Of a DNA stretch of 64,000 bases, positions 40,290 to 49,906 are shown one piece after another. A program made the position numbers and the translations under genes. This DNA comes from an uncultured Nitrospirota bacterium. Its GTDB lineage: Bacteria > CG2-30-53-67. The stretch covers positions 170-64,169 of the forward strand of contig CAMYMF010000010.1 of assembly GCA_947259355.1 (NCBI GenBank), given 5' to 3'. Below the pieces are notes generated by a model. The model was not told the origin of the DNA. It searched no databases and saw nothing but the letters and a program-made list of their open reading frames with translations. Numbering within the stretch: the first letter of the stretch is position 1; each line of letters begins with the position of its first letter.

Positions 40290-40538
40290 ATGAACCCAAG
40301 ACAGACCGGACATGGAAACCGCGGGTATGCGCAGCAACCCAATGAACGAGACGCCTACCGGGATTTCGACGCGACCGAACTTTACTGCAATCGTTGCAGA
40401 CAAGCCGTGCCCGTGCGTAAACGACTTCTTCTGGTGCTGCCGGAGGGCGACAAGTTTGAGTACCTTTGTGCTTATTGCTCGACATCGGTCGGAACAAAAA
40501 CAGAGCGGGACACGCGCCCGAAATCACTGATTATCTGA
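40290..40538 (+). CDS. small zinc-ribbon-like protein (82 aa)
   Basis: CNRC..(27 aa)..CAYC pairs. Start uncertain: the TTG at 40209 is unlikely, and ATGs occur at 40275 and 40290. Confidence 0.45.
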   Translation: MNPRQTGHGNRGYAQQPNERDAYRDFDATELYCNRCRQAVPVRKRLLLVLPEGDKFEYLCAYCSTSVGTKTERDTRPKSLII

Positions 40539-40720
40539 CACCATCCCATGAGTGTTCTGTATTTGGAGCGCCTGAAACCTTCCCCGATTCGACAGGCCGA
40601 TTCTGTTACATTCGCCTTCACCAGAAACCCTTGTCTCCCATCGTGCACACAGGGGGATCTTGAGATCTCTTGTCCAGCAAACAGGTCCGTCTATCCTCCA
40701 CCGAACCGAGCAGAGCAATA

Positions 40721-41710
40721 TTATGCCGGGGGTTCGGCTTCCCCCAACGGGGGGGATGGGGGTTTCTTTCTTCTGACATGGGGCGGTTTCTTCTTCGGCC
40801 GTTGCGTCTCGGCATCCCGCCAGATCACGACCTGGTTGCGCCCGGCTTTCTTAGCCGCATAGAGAGCCTCATCGGCCCGGCAGATGGTCTCTTTCATGGA
40901 AAGCTCGGCAGCCATGGCAGTCAAACCGATGGACGCGGTGATATGGATGAGCAGCGTGTCGTCGCAGGTGACCGGGGTCCGGGAGAGGCCGACTCGGAAA
41001 CGGTCTAGGATGGTATGGGCCGTTTCGACGGGAGTGCTCGGAAGACAGATGAGAAACTCCTCCCCGCCGTAACGGCAGAACCAGTCGTAGGGTCGGAGAT
41101 TGTTGCTGAAGTACTCGGCGGTGACCCGCAGCACGTGGTCCCCTATTTGGTGTCCGTAGGTGTCGTTGACCCTCTTGAAATGGTCGAGGTCCAGAATGGC
41201 GATGCTACAGGGCTCCCCCGTACGATCCACCCGGGCGTGCTCCTGAAAGAGTATGGGGAACATGGCCTGGCGGCTGTAGGCCCCCGTCAGACAGTCGAAC
41301 ATGCTCAGCATTTCATGAAGACTCTCCTTCAACAGGAGCATCTCGTGGAACAGGTTCTGCTCCTCCTTCATGAAGGCCAAATACTCCCTGTCGGTGATCG
41401 GCCCTCCCGCCCTCGCTTTTCGGGCAATACGCCGGACCTGATCGTGCATGGCCTCATGGACTCTATCGATAGTGATGAAGTTGGGATGATCGAGAAGCCC
41501 CGGGTGATCCTGATCGTAGTACCAGCGACCAAATGCGCAGTACTGGTGACTGTTGCGCGCGAGGTATTCTTCACCCACGGGCAGGGAGCAAATCAACGTA
41601 CGGTGCCACTGGGTTATCCAGTATTCGTGGTCGGCCATGGCGGATTCGAGGCTCTGAAGGATTGCCCGTATCTCCTCCGCCGTGAGGTGCTGAAGATGAA
41701 GTGCGGACAT
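40721..41710 (-). CDS. diguanylate cyclase with N-terminal CZB (zinc-binding) domain, DgcZ-like
   Basis: GGDEF domain with RYGGEEFLICLP. The N-terminus ..SHQYCAFGRWYYDQDHPGL..RVHEAMHDQV.. fits the chemoreceptor zinc-binding domain. Basic, Pro-rich C-terminal tail. Confidence 0.8.
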   Translation of the reverse strand: MSALHLQHLTAEEIRAILQSLESAMADHEYWITQWHRTLICSLPVGEEYLARNSHQYCAFGRWYYDQDHPGLLDHPNFITIDRVHEAMHDQVRRIARKARAGGPITDREYLAFMKEEQNLFHEMLLLKESLHEMLSMFDCLTGAYSRQAMFPILFQEHARVDRTGEPCSIAILDLDHFKRVNDTYGHQIGDHVLRVTAEYFSNNLRPYDWFCRYGGEEFLICLPSTPVETAHTILDRFRVGLSRTPVTCDDTLLIHITASIGLTAMAAELSMKETICRADEALYAAKKAGRNQVVIWRDAETQRPKKKPPHVRRKKPPSPPLGEAEPPA

Positions 41711-41935
41711 GAAGCGAAGCCCGTCCTTTCCTGAAATCACGGGTCTGTCGCCATCCTGCCCCCCTTGCTTTATTTTACTTCATATTCCCCAGGAGTCAAG
41801 GCTGGCCGACAGAAGTGAGGCGCCGCAGCATGTGAAGCACCGTTTGGCCGTTGTGTTGCGATCCGACCGCAGGGGCTTCCGCCGGCGCAGCAAATATGCT
41901 ATAGTCAGTGCAGTCCCGAGCATCTGCGAAAAGGT

Positions 41936-43024
41936 TTGGACATGTCCAGCACATTCGGAACACTCTTTCGAGTCACCACCTTTGGGGAGTCTCACGGCAA
42001 AGCCGTCGGCGCCGTCGTCGACGGGTGTCCGGCAAAGCTGCGTCTCAGTGAGGCGGACATCCAGGCCCAACTCGGTCGGCGCCGCCCAGGCCAGAGCGAT
42101 CTTGCCACACCCCGTGACGAGGGGGATACGGTGGTGATCCTGTCCGGGGTAGAAAGCGGCTTGACCCTCGGCACACCGATCGGCCTGCTGGTTGAGAACC
42201 GCGACCAGCGGCCGGGCGACTATGCGGAGACTGCAGACATCCCCCGTCCCTCGCATGCAGATTTCACTTATCAGATGAAATACGGCATCCGGGCATCCAG
42301 CGGGGGCGGACGCGCCAGTGCCCGGGAGACCATCGGGCGTGTGGCAGCAGGGGCCATCGCCGAGAAGATTCTGAAAGAGCGATGCGATCTGAGTATCGTG
42401 GCCTATGTGAGCACCGTCGGCACGATCGAGGCACCCCGAATCGCTCTGGAGGAGCTGACCCGGGAGGCCGTCGACGCCAGCCCCACTCGCTGTCCTGACC
42501 AAGCCACGGCCGCAAAGATGGTCGACCTCATCGAACAGACCCGAGACCGCAAAGATTCCGTCGGCGGCGTTGTCACGTGTCTCTGCCGGAAGGTGCCGGT
42601 GGGGTTAGGCGAGCCGGTATTTGACAAGCTGGAGGCCAAGCTGGCCCAGGCGATGCTTTCGATCCCGGCAAGCAAAGGCTTTGAGATCGGGTCAGGCTTC
42701 GCAGGGGCCCGCATGCAGGGATCCGCTCACAACGATCCCTTTGTCCGCAAGGGAAGCCGCCTCGGTACACGGTCCAACAACAGCGGCGGTGTGCAGGGCG
42801 GCATATCGAACGGAGAGCCCATCGTCTTTCGTGTTGCCTTCAAACCTCCCGCGACCATCGGGTTGCCCCAGAAAACAGCCACCTTCCAGGGCAAAGAGGT
42901 CTCGCTGGCGGCCAAAGGTCGCCACGATCCCTGCGTCGTACCGCGGGCAGTGCCGATCGTGGAGTCCATGGCGGCGCTGGTTCTGGTGGATATGATGCTG
43001 CGGCAAGACTACCGGACTCGCTGA
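41936..43024 (+). CDS. aroC: chorismate synthase
   Basis: [47 protein letters not shown]; 362 aa. Confidence 0.96.
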   Translation: MDMSSTFGTLFRVTTFGESHGKAVGAVVDGCPAKLRLSEADIQAQLGRRRPGQSDLATPRDEGDTVVILSGVESGLTLGTPIGLLVENRDQRPGDYAETADIPRPSHADFTYQMKYGIRASSGGGRASARETIGRVAAGAIAEKILKERCDLSIVAYVSTVGTIEAPRIALEELTREAVDASPTRCPDQATAAKMVDLIEQTRDRKDSVGGVVTCLCRKVPVGLGEPVFDKLEAKLAQAMLSIPASKGFEIGSGFAGARMQGSAHNDPFVRKGSRLGTRSNNSGGVQGGISNGEPIVFRVAFKPPATIGLPQKTATFQGKEVSLAAKGRHDPCVVPRAVPIVESMAALVLVDMMLRQDYRTR

Positions 43025-43383
43025 TCGTCTCCCACCCACCCGAAGACTCTCCGCAGTCGCCCACAGGTGACACGACCGTCAGGAGATCGGCCTTTTCCAT
43101 AGAGGCCCTCCGCTACCCCTTGCCGGCCCTCGGCGCGCAGCCAATCCGAGCTGGTTTCCATCCGGAAACGGCCCTTTTCCCGATGAGCTGCGTCCTCCGC
43201 GGGCTTACTTCCTCGACGTACAATTAGTACGCGTCTAGTATGCTTCGGAGTAGACCCTTGTGCGGCCTTGCTCATCGAAAAAATTGCTCATGTCCAAATT
43301 GGAAACTAGTTCGTGTCCGTTCTAATTTCCGGATGGACACTGGCTGGTTCTGTAGTCGAATAGCGCTGTCAAGGACGACGCAC

Positions 43384-44559
43384 TCAGTCCCGGGCCACAC
43401 ACATGGCAATACCCATGCCGCCACCGACACAGGCCGTGGCCAGGCCCCTCTTGGCATTGCGCCGACCCATCTCATGGATCAGGGTAATCAGAATGCGACA
43501 GCCCGAGGCGCCGATGGGATGCCCCAGGGCAATGGCGCCACCGTTCACATTCACCCGCGCCGTATCCCATCCCATTTCCCGGTTCACAGCCAGGGCCTGG
43601 GCCGCAAAGGCTTCGTTGGCCTCGATGAGGTCGAGGTCTTCCATCTTCCATCCGGCCATCTCCAGCGCCTTGCGACTCGCCGGAATGGGACCGGTCCCCA
43701 TAATGGCCGTGTCGACACCGACCGTGGCCCAGGAGACGATACGACCCAGCGGCTTGATGCCGCGGGACTTCGCCGTCTCAGCACTCATGAGTACCACCGC
43801 CGCGCCCCCGTCGTTGATTCCCGACGCGTTGCCTGCGGTGACGGTGCCGCCCTTGTCAAAGGCCGGCCGCAGCCGGGCCAGGCTTTCCAGGGTCGTGCCG
43901 TGCTTGGGATGCTCGTCGGTGTCAACAATGGTGTCCCCCTTGCGGCCCTTCACGGTAACCGCTACGATCTCTTCTTTGAAACGACCGGCATTCTGGGCCG
44001 CTTCGGTTCTGTTCTGCGACTCGCAAGCGAACGCGTCCTGCTCTTCGCGGCTGATCTTCCACTGCTGGGCCACGTTTTCTGCCGTGTTCCCCATGTGATA
44101 ATTGTGGAAGGGATCGGTCAGTCCGTCCCGCAGCATGGTATCGACCAGCTTCCCGTCACCCAGCCGGGTGCCGTTTCGCAGGTGGATCACGTGGGGCGCA
44201 CAGCTCATGCTCTCCATCCCGCCGGCCACCACAATCGTCGTCTCCCCCAGCTTGACCGATTTGTACCCCTCGGCCACGGCCCGCAGTCCCGAGGCGCAGA
44301 GTTGATTGATGGCGTAGGCCGTTGACTCCACGGGAAGACCCGCACCGAGGGCCACCTGGCGAGCGGGCCCGGCACCGGCATTGGCGCTCAGCACGATCCC
44401 CATCATCAGCTCATCGACCTCGGTCGGCTCCACGCCGGCCCGTTTCAAGGCCTCCTGCACTGCCACCTGCCCCAGCTGCGTCGGGAGGATCGAGCTGAGT
44501 GAGCCGTTGAAGGCACCAATGGGCGTACGGGCTGCTCCGGCAATGACCACATCGTTCAT
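43384..44559 (-). CDS. acetyl-CoA C-acetyltransferase (thiolase II)
   Basis: [65 protein letters not shown] before the ATG at 44559. Confidence 0.95.
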   Translation of the reverse strand: MNDVVIAGAARTPIGAFNGSLSSILPTQLGQVAVQEALKRAGVEPTEVDELMMGIVLSANAGAGPARQVALGAGLPVESTAYAINQLCASGLRAVAEGYKSVKLGETTIVVAGGMESMSCAPHVIHLRNGTRLGDGKLVDTMLRDGLTDPFHNYHMGNTAENVAQQWKISREEQDAFACESQNRTEAAQNAGRFKEEIVAVTVKGRKGDTIVDTDEHPKHGTTLESLARLRPAFDKGGTVTAGNASGINDGGAAVVLMSAETAKSRGIKPLGRIVSWATVGVDTAIMGTGPIPASRKALEMAGWKMEDLDLIEANEAFAAQALAVNREMGWDTARVNVNGGAIALGHPIGASGCRILITLIHEMGRRNAKRGLATACVGGGMGIAMCVARD

Positions 44560-45015
44560 GAGATACCTCCTTTGTGAAAAAACGTTTTCCGAGATCCGTT
44601 GCCGGCACGATGGGTCCCGGCGAACGGCTCCCCTCCTCTGCTTCATTCCATGGGGGGTTGCTCCTCACCGTAAGTGATTGACTCTGAAGAGATTACGAGA
44701 AACACCGGCCTCGTGTCCAAGGCCCGTGTGCCCACTTCACCGTGGAAAAGAGCGGCTGTCGGACAGGCACCCGTCCACGTGATCTGTTCCGAAGGGGCCC
44801 CATCATACACTTGTTGGGCCAAAGAGACAAGTACAAACGAGAGCTTCGGTGTGAACTACTCGGCTCACCTCTCCTGAGGAGCTTCGACCCCTTGGGCAGC
44901 CCCATCCCGCTTCCTTCCAACAGAGAACCACAGGGGTCAGGGAGGCCTCGAGGCGCTCTTCTCCATTCTTCAGGAACACGCCCTGCGCATCAACATGGTA
45001 CCCGTTGCAGGGTTT

Positions 45016-45600
45016 TCACCGCTCGCGGATTTGATAAGTGACGCGCGCATCCACCAGACGCATCATTTGTTCTTCCAGACCAGGCTGGTACTCGTCGGGG
45101 GTCATAAACAAGATGAGATAAAGGATGTGGTCTCCGCTCGGCAGCCCGGGTTTTGTGCGCACCTCGAAGCCCGCTTCCGGCTCGGAGCCGGGAACATCTT
45201 CGGGGGTGTTGGCCGCCCCGGGGTCTTCGAGTAGATAGAGATGGACTGTCGCATGCCGCCGGACCGTCTCCGGTAGTTCGGCCATATGAAAAACCGTCCC
45301 CGCCTCCCCGTCCACCGCAATCCAGCGCCCCGGCTGGTCGATCTCCAGGGGCTGACCGCGCGGGGGTCTCTGCCCGAGGAGCTGAAACTCGTCCGCGCCG
45401 TCCAGATGGGCACACCGGAATGACGTCCCCAGATAATCGGCTGTCAATCTCAGTGTGGCCCGATGGACCAAGAAACGAATGGGCAGAAGGAGCGGCACTT
45501 CCGAGTGCTCGGGATAGTAGGAATGATCGCAATTCACCCGGGGCGTTTTCAGGCCCAAAGGGAGTCGCACGGAATTCACCGTCCGGACAAGTGTGCGCAC
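45016..45600 (-). CDS. hypothetical protein (194 aa)
   Basis: Long ORF with no recognised domain. Start not verified. Confidence 0.45.
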   Translation of the reverse strand: MRTLVRTVNSVRLPLGLKTPRVNCDHSYYPEHSEVPLLLPIRFLVHRATLRLTADYLGTSFRCAHLDGADEFQLLGQRPPRGQPLEIDQPGRWIAVDGEAGTVFHMAELPETVRRHATVHLYLLEDPGAANTPEDVPGSEPEAGFEVRTKPGLPSGDHILYLILFMTPDEYQPGLEEQMMRLVDARVTYQIRER

Positions 45601-45636
45601 CGGACCGTCGATATACCGAACTGCTTAAGGGTCAGA

Positions 45637-45736
45637 CCTACACATTACACTTTCTGCTTGACAAATCATCTTCTGGGACCCCCATGGGGTCGCGCCTACA
45701 CATTGCACTTTTGGGCTCTTCACAATTTCATCTTCT
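45637..45736. repeat. two imperfect direct repeats, period 58 bp
   Basis: CCTACACATTACACTTT..ACAAATCATCTTCT (45637-45674) and CCTACACATTGCACTTTT..ACAATTTCATCTTCT (45695-45736), upstream of the 45600 gene. Confidence 0.6.
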
Positions 45737-46033
45737 CAATCAATTGAAAAGATAGATGCCCTTCCTCTTTGCATTTGGTTAGGGGCGGGAAAGGGGTTCC
45801 CCGTAATACGGGGGAGGCTTCAGGAATCGGGAGCGGTCCTTTTGGTTCTTGGGAGGCAGTTTACCCTCTTAGAAAGTTCCCTTCTAACGGGGTTTACATA
45901 ATGACGTTATGTTGCGCTTACCGTCCCTTCGCTTCACTCCGGGACGCCGCGCGCCCAGCTTAGCTCTATCCTTGCCGACTTCGCCGGCTTCTACATTAAG
46001 GTATCTTGTGGTTAAGCCCGGTGTCCTGGCCCG

Positions 46034-46074
46034 CCTCAGCGTCGGATAACGTCGAACGTTATCGGATGCTGAGG
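46034..46074. other. long near-perfect hairpin (19-bp stem, 3-nt loop) in a non-coding stretch
   Basis: CCTCAGCGTCGGATAACGT-CGA-ACGTTATCGGATGCTGAGG with one G-U pair and one mismatch. Enclosed by a 9-bp pairing, GTCCTGGCC (46023-46031) with GGCCAGGAC (46141-46149). Confidence 0.5.
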
Positions 46075-46352
46075 GAACCGGGGAAGGGCAGGCGTGAACT
46101 TTCTTCTTTGATTGCCCGCTTAGCTTGGCCGTACCCGACAGGCCAGGACCCCGTTGCGCGGGGCAGGCCTTACAACGCGGCTTCCTCCCAAAAAACAAGC
46201 GGGTCAGCCCCGGTAAACCGGGACAGGCCTCAAGATTCCCCCAATTCCTGAAGCGATGCCTCTGGTGATATGGTCCTGTTCATACTCCCCGTCGCTTTCA
46301 AAACAAATATGGAGCACCTCAAACGGACGCCGTGGACTCTCGCGCATCCGGG

Positions 46353-47333
46353 TCAAGGCTTCAAGATCAGCTTCCCCATGACGGCGCCGCTCTCGAGGAG
46401 CTCATGGGCTCGCGCGGCTTCGGAGAGCGGCATCCGCTCATGAACATGGGGCCGGATCTTCTTGTCGGCCAAATGCGCAAAGAGTCTTTCCAGGGATTGG
46501 GCCATGAGGTCCGGGGCACTCTGGGCAACGGTATAGATCACAAATGTCCGAATGCCGACACTCTTTCCGAAGTGCGTCGCCAACTGCTCGGCCAGATTCC
46601 CTTCAGGCGGGCCGGCGGCAAAGCCAAACCAGATGAGATTGCCGAAGGGTGCCAGCACCTCGAGATCGCGCGCGAAGGTATCCCCCGCCACCGAGTTCAG
46701 CACGAGATCGACGCCTCTGTTGTAGGTAATCTCCATGATCCGCTTCACGACATCATCGGTCCGGTAATTGATGATATAGTCGATCCCCTGTTGCACCGTG
46801 TAAGCCACCTTCTCCCGGGAGCTCGTCAGACCGATTACCTTTGCGCCCGCTTCTTTTGCCAGCTGAATCACGGCGGTGCCCACCCCACCGGCCGCAGCAT
46901 GGACCAGAATGGTCTGCCCTGGCTGAACCTGAGCCATGGTGTGGAGCATGTGATAGGCTGTGGCATAGTTGACAATAACGGCCGCCGCTTCATCCAGGTC
47001 CAGCCCCTCGGGGAGGGGTGTGACCGATGCGGCGTCGGCCAGAACATACTGGGCGTAGCATTTCTCACCGAGCAGTGCCACCGGTTGCCCCGGCCGCACC
47101 CGGGTTACCTCGTCCCCCACGGCTTCCACGAGCCCGCTGCACTCCAGGCCCGGTATGGCCGGCAAGGGCGGCATAAAGGGATAGGTCCCCCTGCGCACCA
47201 TGGTGTCGGCGAAATTCACGGAAGCTGCTGCGACTTTCACCAGAACCTGCCCATTGCCCGGCGTCGGCTTCTCCACGTCTTCGTACTGGAGTACATCCGC
47301 ACCACCCGTCTGATAAATTCGTATGGCTTTCAT
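46353..47333 (-). CDS. NADPH:quinone oxidoreductase / zeta-crystallin-type medium-chain dehydrogenase
   Basis: MKAIRIYQTGGADVLQYEDVEKPTPGNGQVLVKV..VHAAAGGVGTAVIQLAK... ATG at 47333. Confidence 0.9.
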   Translation of the reverse strand: MKAIRIYQTGGADVLQYEDVEKPTPGNGQVLVKVAAASVNFADTMVRRGTYPFMPPLPAIPGLECSGLVEAVGDEVTRVRPGQPVALLGEKCYAQYVLADAASVTPLPEGLDLDEAAAVIVNYATAYHMLHTMAQVQPGQTILVHAAAGGVGTAVIQLAKEAGAKVIGLTSSREKVAYTVQQGIDYIINYRTDDVVKRIMEITYNRGVDLVLNSVAGDTFARDLEVLAPFGNLIWFGFAAGPPEGNLAEQLATHFGKSVGIRTFVIYTVAQSAPDLMAQSLERLFAHLADKKIRPHVHERMPLSEAARAHELLESGAVMGKLILKP

Positions 47334-47749
47334 AACTGAATCCCCTGAAGAACACCCGTGCGCCGCTTCGCTGACCGACCACGGGAGCAAGCCCCATCGA
47401 CTTCAACCACGAGATGGCAGCATTGTATCTTCGATGCCGCACCCTGGTCAAATCCGCACCCGTTGCGAGCAGTCTGAAAATAAAATTCGTGTGAGTGGTT
47501 CTAATATGAAGGAAAACTGGCACTGATGGCTTGAAAGTGCTTTTATATCTTTTAATTGAGATAATATAGAAATAAATCGTCCGGAAAACTCACTGATCAT
47601 CGAAGAATCGCCGGCAAGGGATCCGACATATCCCCCTCAGGGTAACGATGAAAGACGCTGAGAACCACTTTTCTTCGCGACCTTGCCTCTTCCCGGGTTA
47701 CTAAAGTATCGATATCCCCCTTATTTCTAATGCATGAAAGGAGGCTCCC

Positions 47750-48532
47750 ATGCGGCATTACGTGATCTCAGTCTCGGCCTGCGCGGTCGCGGTGTTCGCC
47801 TTTGTAGCATGGATGGGGAGCGCGTGGGCCCTGACAGTCGGACAGACGTTTCACTTTACGGATAACCGGGGTGTCAGCGAAGGCACACCGGTTTGGCGCC
47901 AGAACATCCAGGCGAATATCACCGATATCGTCACAGCCCTGGACCCTCTCACAGCATCGCAAAACGGCACCGCGCTCAATATGGTCCCGCTGAATCAAAC
48001 CCTCTTTCCGAACCGCTATGCCGCCAGCCGGCCTGTCGACGGAACCCTCCTGGGACCTTGGGTGATTACCGGCACGGACGAAGCAGGGACGACCTCGGCC
48101 TTTACCACTGCCATTCCTGCACTGCAGCAAGTCCCGTTGGTCAGCAATCTGCAAATCATCGGCAACGGCGTCACACCGGCACTGGTGTGGGATCTTCCGG
48201 ATTTGTGCGAGTTTGACATAGACCGTATCCGCGTCCGCGCGGTGGATGCTGCAACGGGGAATCAATTCATCCAGTCCGGTGCCCTGCTCACAGACAGCGA
48301 GACATTCATCGTACCCAACGGATGGCTCTCGGTCGGTAACGCCTATACCTTCAGGGTGTTGTTGGAGGATCTGGAGTATATCTCCCCCGGTGTGGACGGC
48401 AGCCCGCTCTTTCTTGAGAACCGCTCGAGCACGTTTTCACAGCTCTTCACGCCTGTGCCCGAGCCGGCATCGCTGCTCCTTCTCGGGTCCGGATTGATCG
48501 GGCTAATCGCCATCAGTCGAAAGAGCAGATAG
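47750..48532 (+). CDS. PEP-CTERM sorting-domain secreted protein
   Basis: Signal peptide and C-terminal VPEPASLLLLGSGLIGLIAISRKSR. GAAAGGAGG SD. Confidence 0.85.
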   Translation: MRHYVISVSACAVAVFAFVAWMGSAWALTVGQTFHFTDNRGVSEGTPVWRQNIQANITDIVTALDPLTASQNGTALNMVPLNQTLFPNRYAASRPVDGTLLGPWVITGTDEAGTTSAFTTAIPALQQVPLVSNLQIIGNGVTPALVWDLPDLCEFDIDRIRVRAVDAATGNQFIQSGALLTDSETFIVPNGWLSVGNAYTFRVLLEDLEYISPGVDGSPLFLENRSSTFSQLFTPVPEPASLLLLGSGLIGLIAISRKSR

Positions 48533-48872
48533 AGAACCCTCAACGATCTGTCCCTTCTCGTTTCACGCTCCGAAGATGTGCTACGCGCGCTCCAGGGAGC
48601 ACTCAGCACCCTCGGGCGCTGCAAAGACCAACAGAATTGGCTATCCCGCCCGGCCCGTTTGCCCATCTCTTTTCCTCGGCAGAGATATTCGTGACATTCG
48701 AGCGTTTTCCCTTCCTTCGAAAGACCCCATGGGGATGCTCCGGCCCGATGGAACTGAAAATCTGGAACCCAGGGGAACTTCCTCTTAAGTGCACTTGTCT
48801 AAAGGGGTGAACGGCAGAGATGACAAAGCAACGACATGGCGACACTCGAACGTATTGAAAGGAGAGCCCCCA

Positions 48873-49373
48873 ATGAAGATCAGACACCCCAAAACAATCT
48901 ATTCCGTAGCGGCAGCGCTGATGGGCATCGTGTTGTCGGCAACCCTCGTCTTTTCACAACCGCCCGGCGGCGGACAATGGCAGCAGAGCGAAGTCAGAAA
49001 AGAGAGAATGGCCTACCGAATCCAGGCCATGGAAGAGCGGCTCGGGTTGAGCGACGCGCAAAAAGAGCTCTTGGCGGCCCACAGAGAGAAGCAGTGGGAA
49101 GCCGCTGCGGAGCTGCGTACAAGGCTCCGGGAAACCCGGCAAGCCTTGAAAGCGGAGCTGACGCAGATGGACTTGGACGATGCGAAGATCGACCTGCTTC
49201 AGAGCGAAGCGAAATCATTGCAGGCCCAGATGGCGGACAATCGGCTCGCGGGAGTCCTGGAAGTTCGCGAAATTCTGACGCCCGATCAGTTCTCCCAGTT
49301 CATGGCGCTCAAGGGAAAACATAAAGGCCGCATGAAAGGAAACTGCAATGCTGGCGAATGGCGCCGGCAGTAA
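48873..49373 (+). CDS. periplasmic Spy/CpxP-family (LTxxQ) protein
   Basis: Signal peptide and LSDAQKELL / LTPDQFSQF motifs in a helical, Lys/Glu/Gln-rich body. Confidence 0.75.
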   Translation: MKIRHPKTIYSVAAALMGIVLSATLVFSQPPGGGQWQQSEVRKERMAYRIQAMEERLGLSDAQKELLAAHREKQWEAAAELRTRLRETRQALKAELTQMDLDDAKIDLLQSEAKSLQAQMADNRLAGVLEVREILTPDQFSQFMALKGKHKGRMKGNCNAGEWRRQ

Positions 49374-49473
49374 ACAGCATCCCCCTTCCTTCCCCGGACC
49401 GACGCTCGGTCGGTCCGGGCCGGTCGGCCCATCCGGCTGAGATGAGCAGGACGAGACTCCTCTGCGTCGGTCT

Positions 49474-49623
49474 TCACCCGAGCATCGTATGGCAATAGAT
49501 GGTTTTTTCATACCATTGGGAGAGGCTGCGGGCGGTCTTGCGATTGATTCCCACAGAGACCAGTCTGCAATAGAGGTGCAGGGGGTTCAAATAATGTCTG
49601 AATCTGTCTTTCCTGCTCACCAT
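49474..49623 (-). CDS. small basic protein (49 aa), below the ORF-track cutoff
   Basis: GAAGGAGGTGA SD 9 nt before the ATG at 49623. Sequence: MVSRKDRFRHYLNPLHLYCRLVSVGINRKTARSLSQWYEKTIYCHTMLG. Confidence 0.45.
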   Translation of the reverse strand: MVSRKDRFRHYLNPLHLYCRLVSVGINRKTARSLSQWYEKTIYCHTMLG

Positions 49624-49906
49624 GATCGCTCACCTCCTTCGCGCTTCTGTTTGAATAGACGAACGCTCGGAAGAAATCCTGCAGACAGTTCCGCCCGAAG
49701 TTCGCATGAGACTTCTCCGCCCCCGCTCCTCTCCCCGCGCCTCAGGGGGGGCCGCCCTTTCGTAAAAGCTTGACAAACGCCGTTCACGGCGTAGGATAAG
49801 GGCAACTGGTCTACGCCCGTGCAGACCTGTGAACTCTGGGGCCTGGCCAAGAGGTTTTCGGGCCCTCATCTCGAGGATGTCCCTCGGCATTAACAGGGTT
49901 GAATCT

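Noticed and set aside
45769-46330. Known housekeeping RNAs (6S, RNase P, SRP, tmRNA, cobalamin riboswitch) in the structured non-coding stretch.
   Set aside because: None of the signature sequences I remember is present on either strand (GAGGAAAGUCCGGGC, GGUCCGGAAGGAAGCAGCC, the tRNA-like CCA end, GCCACUG).
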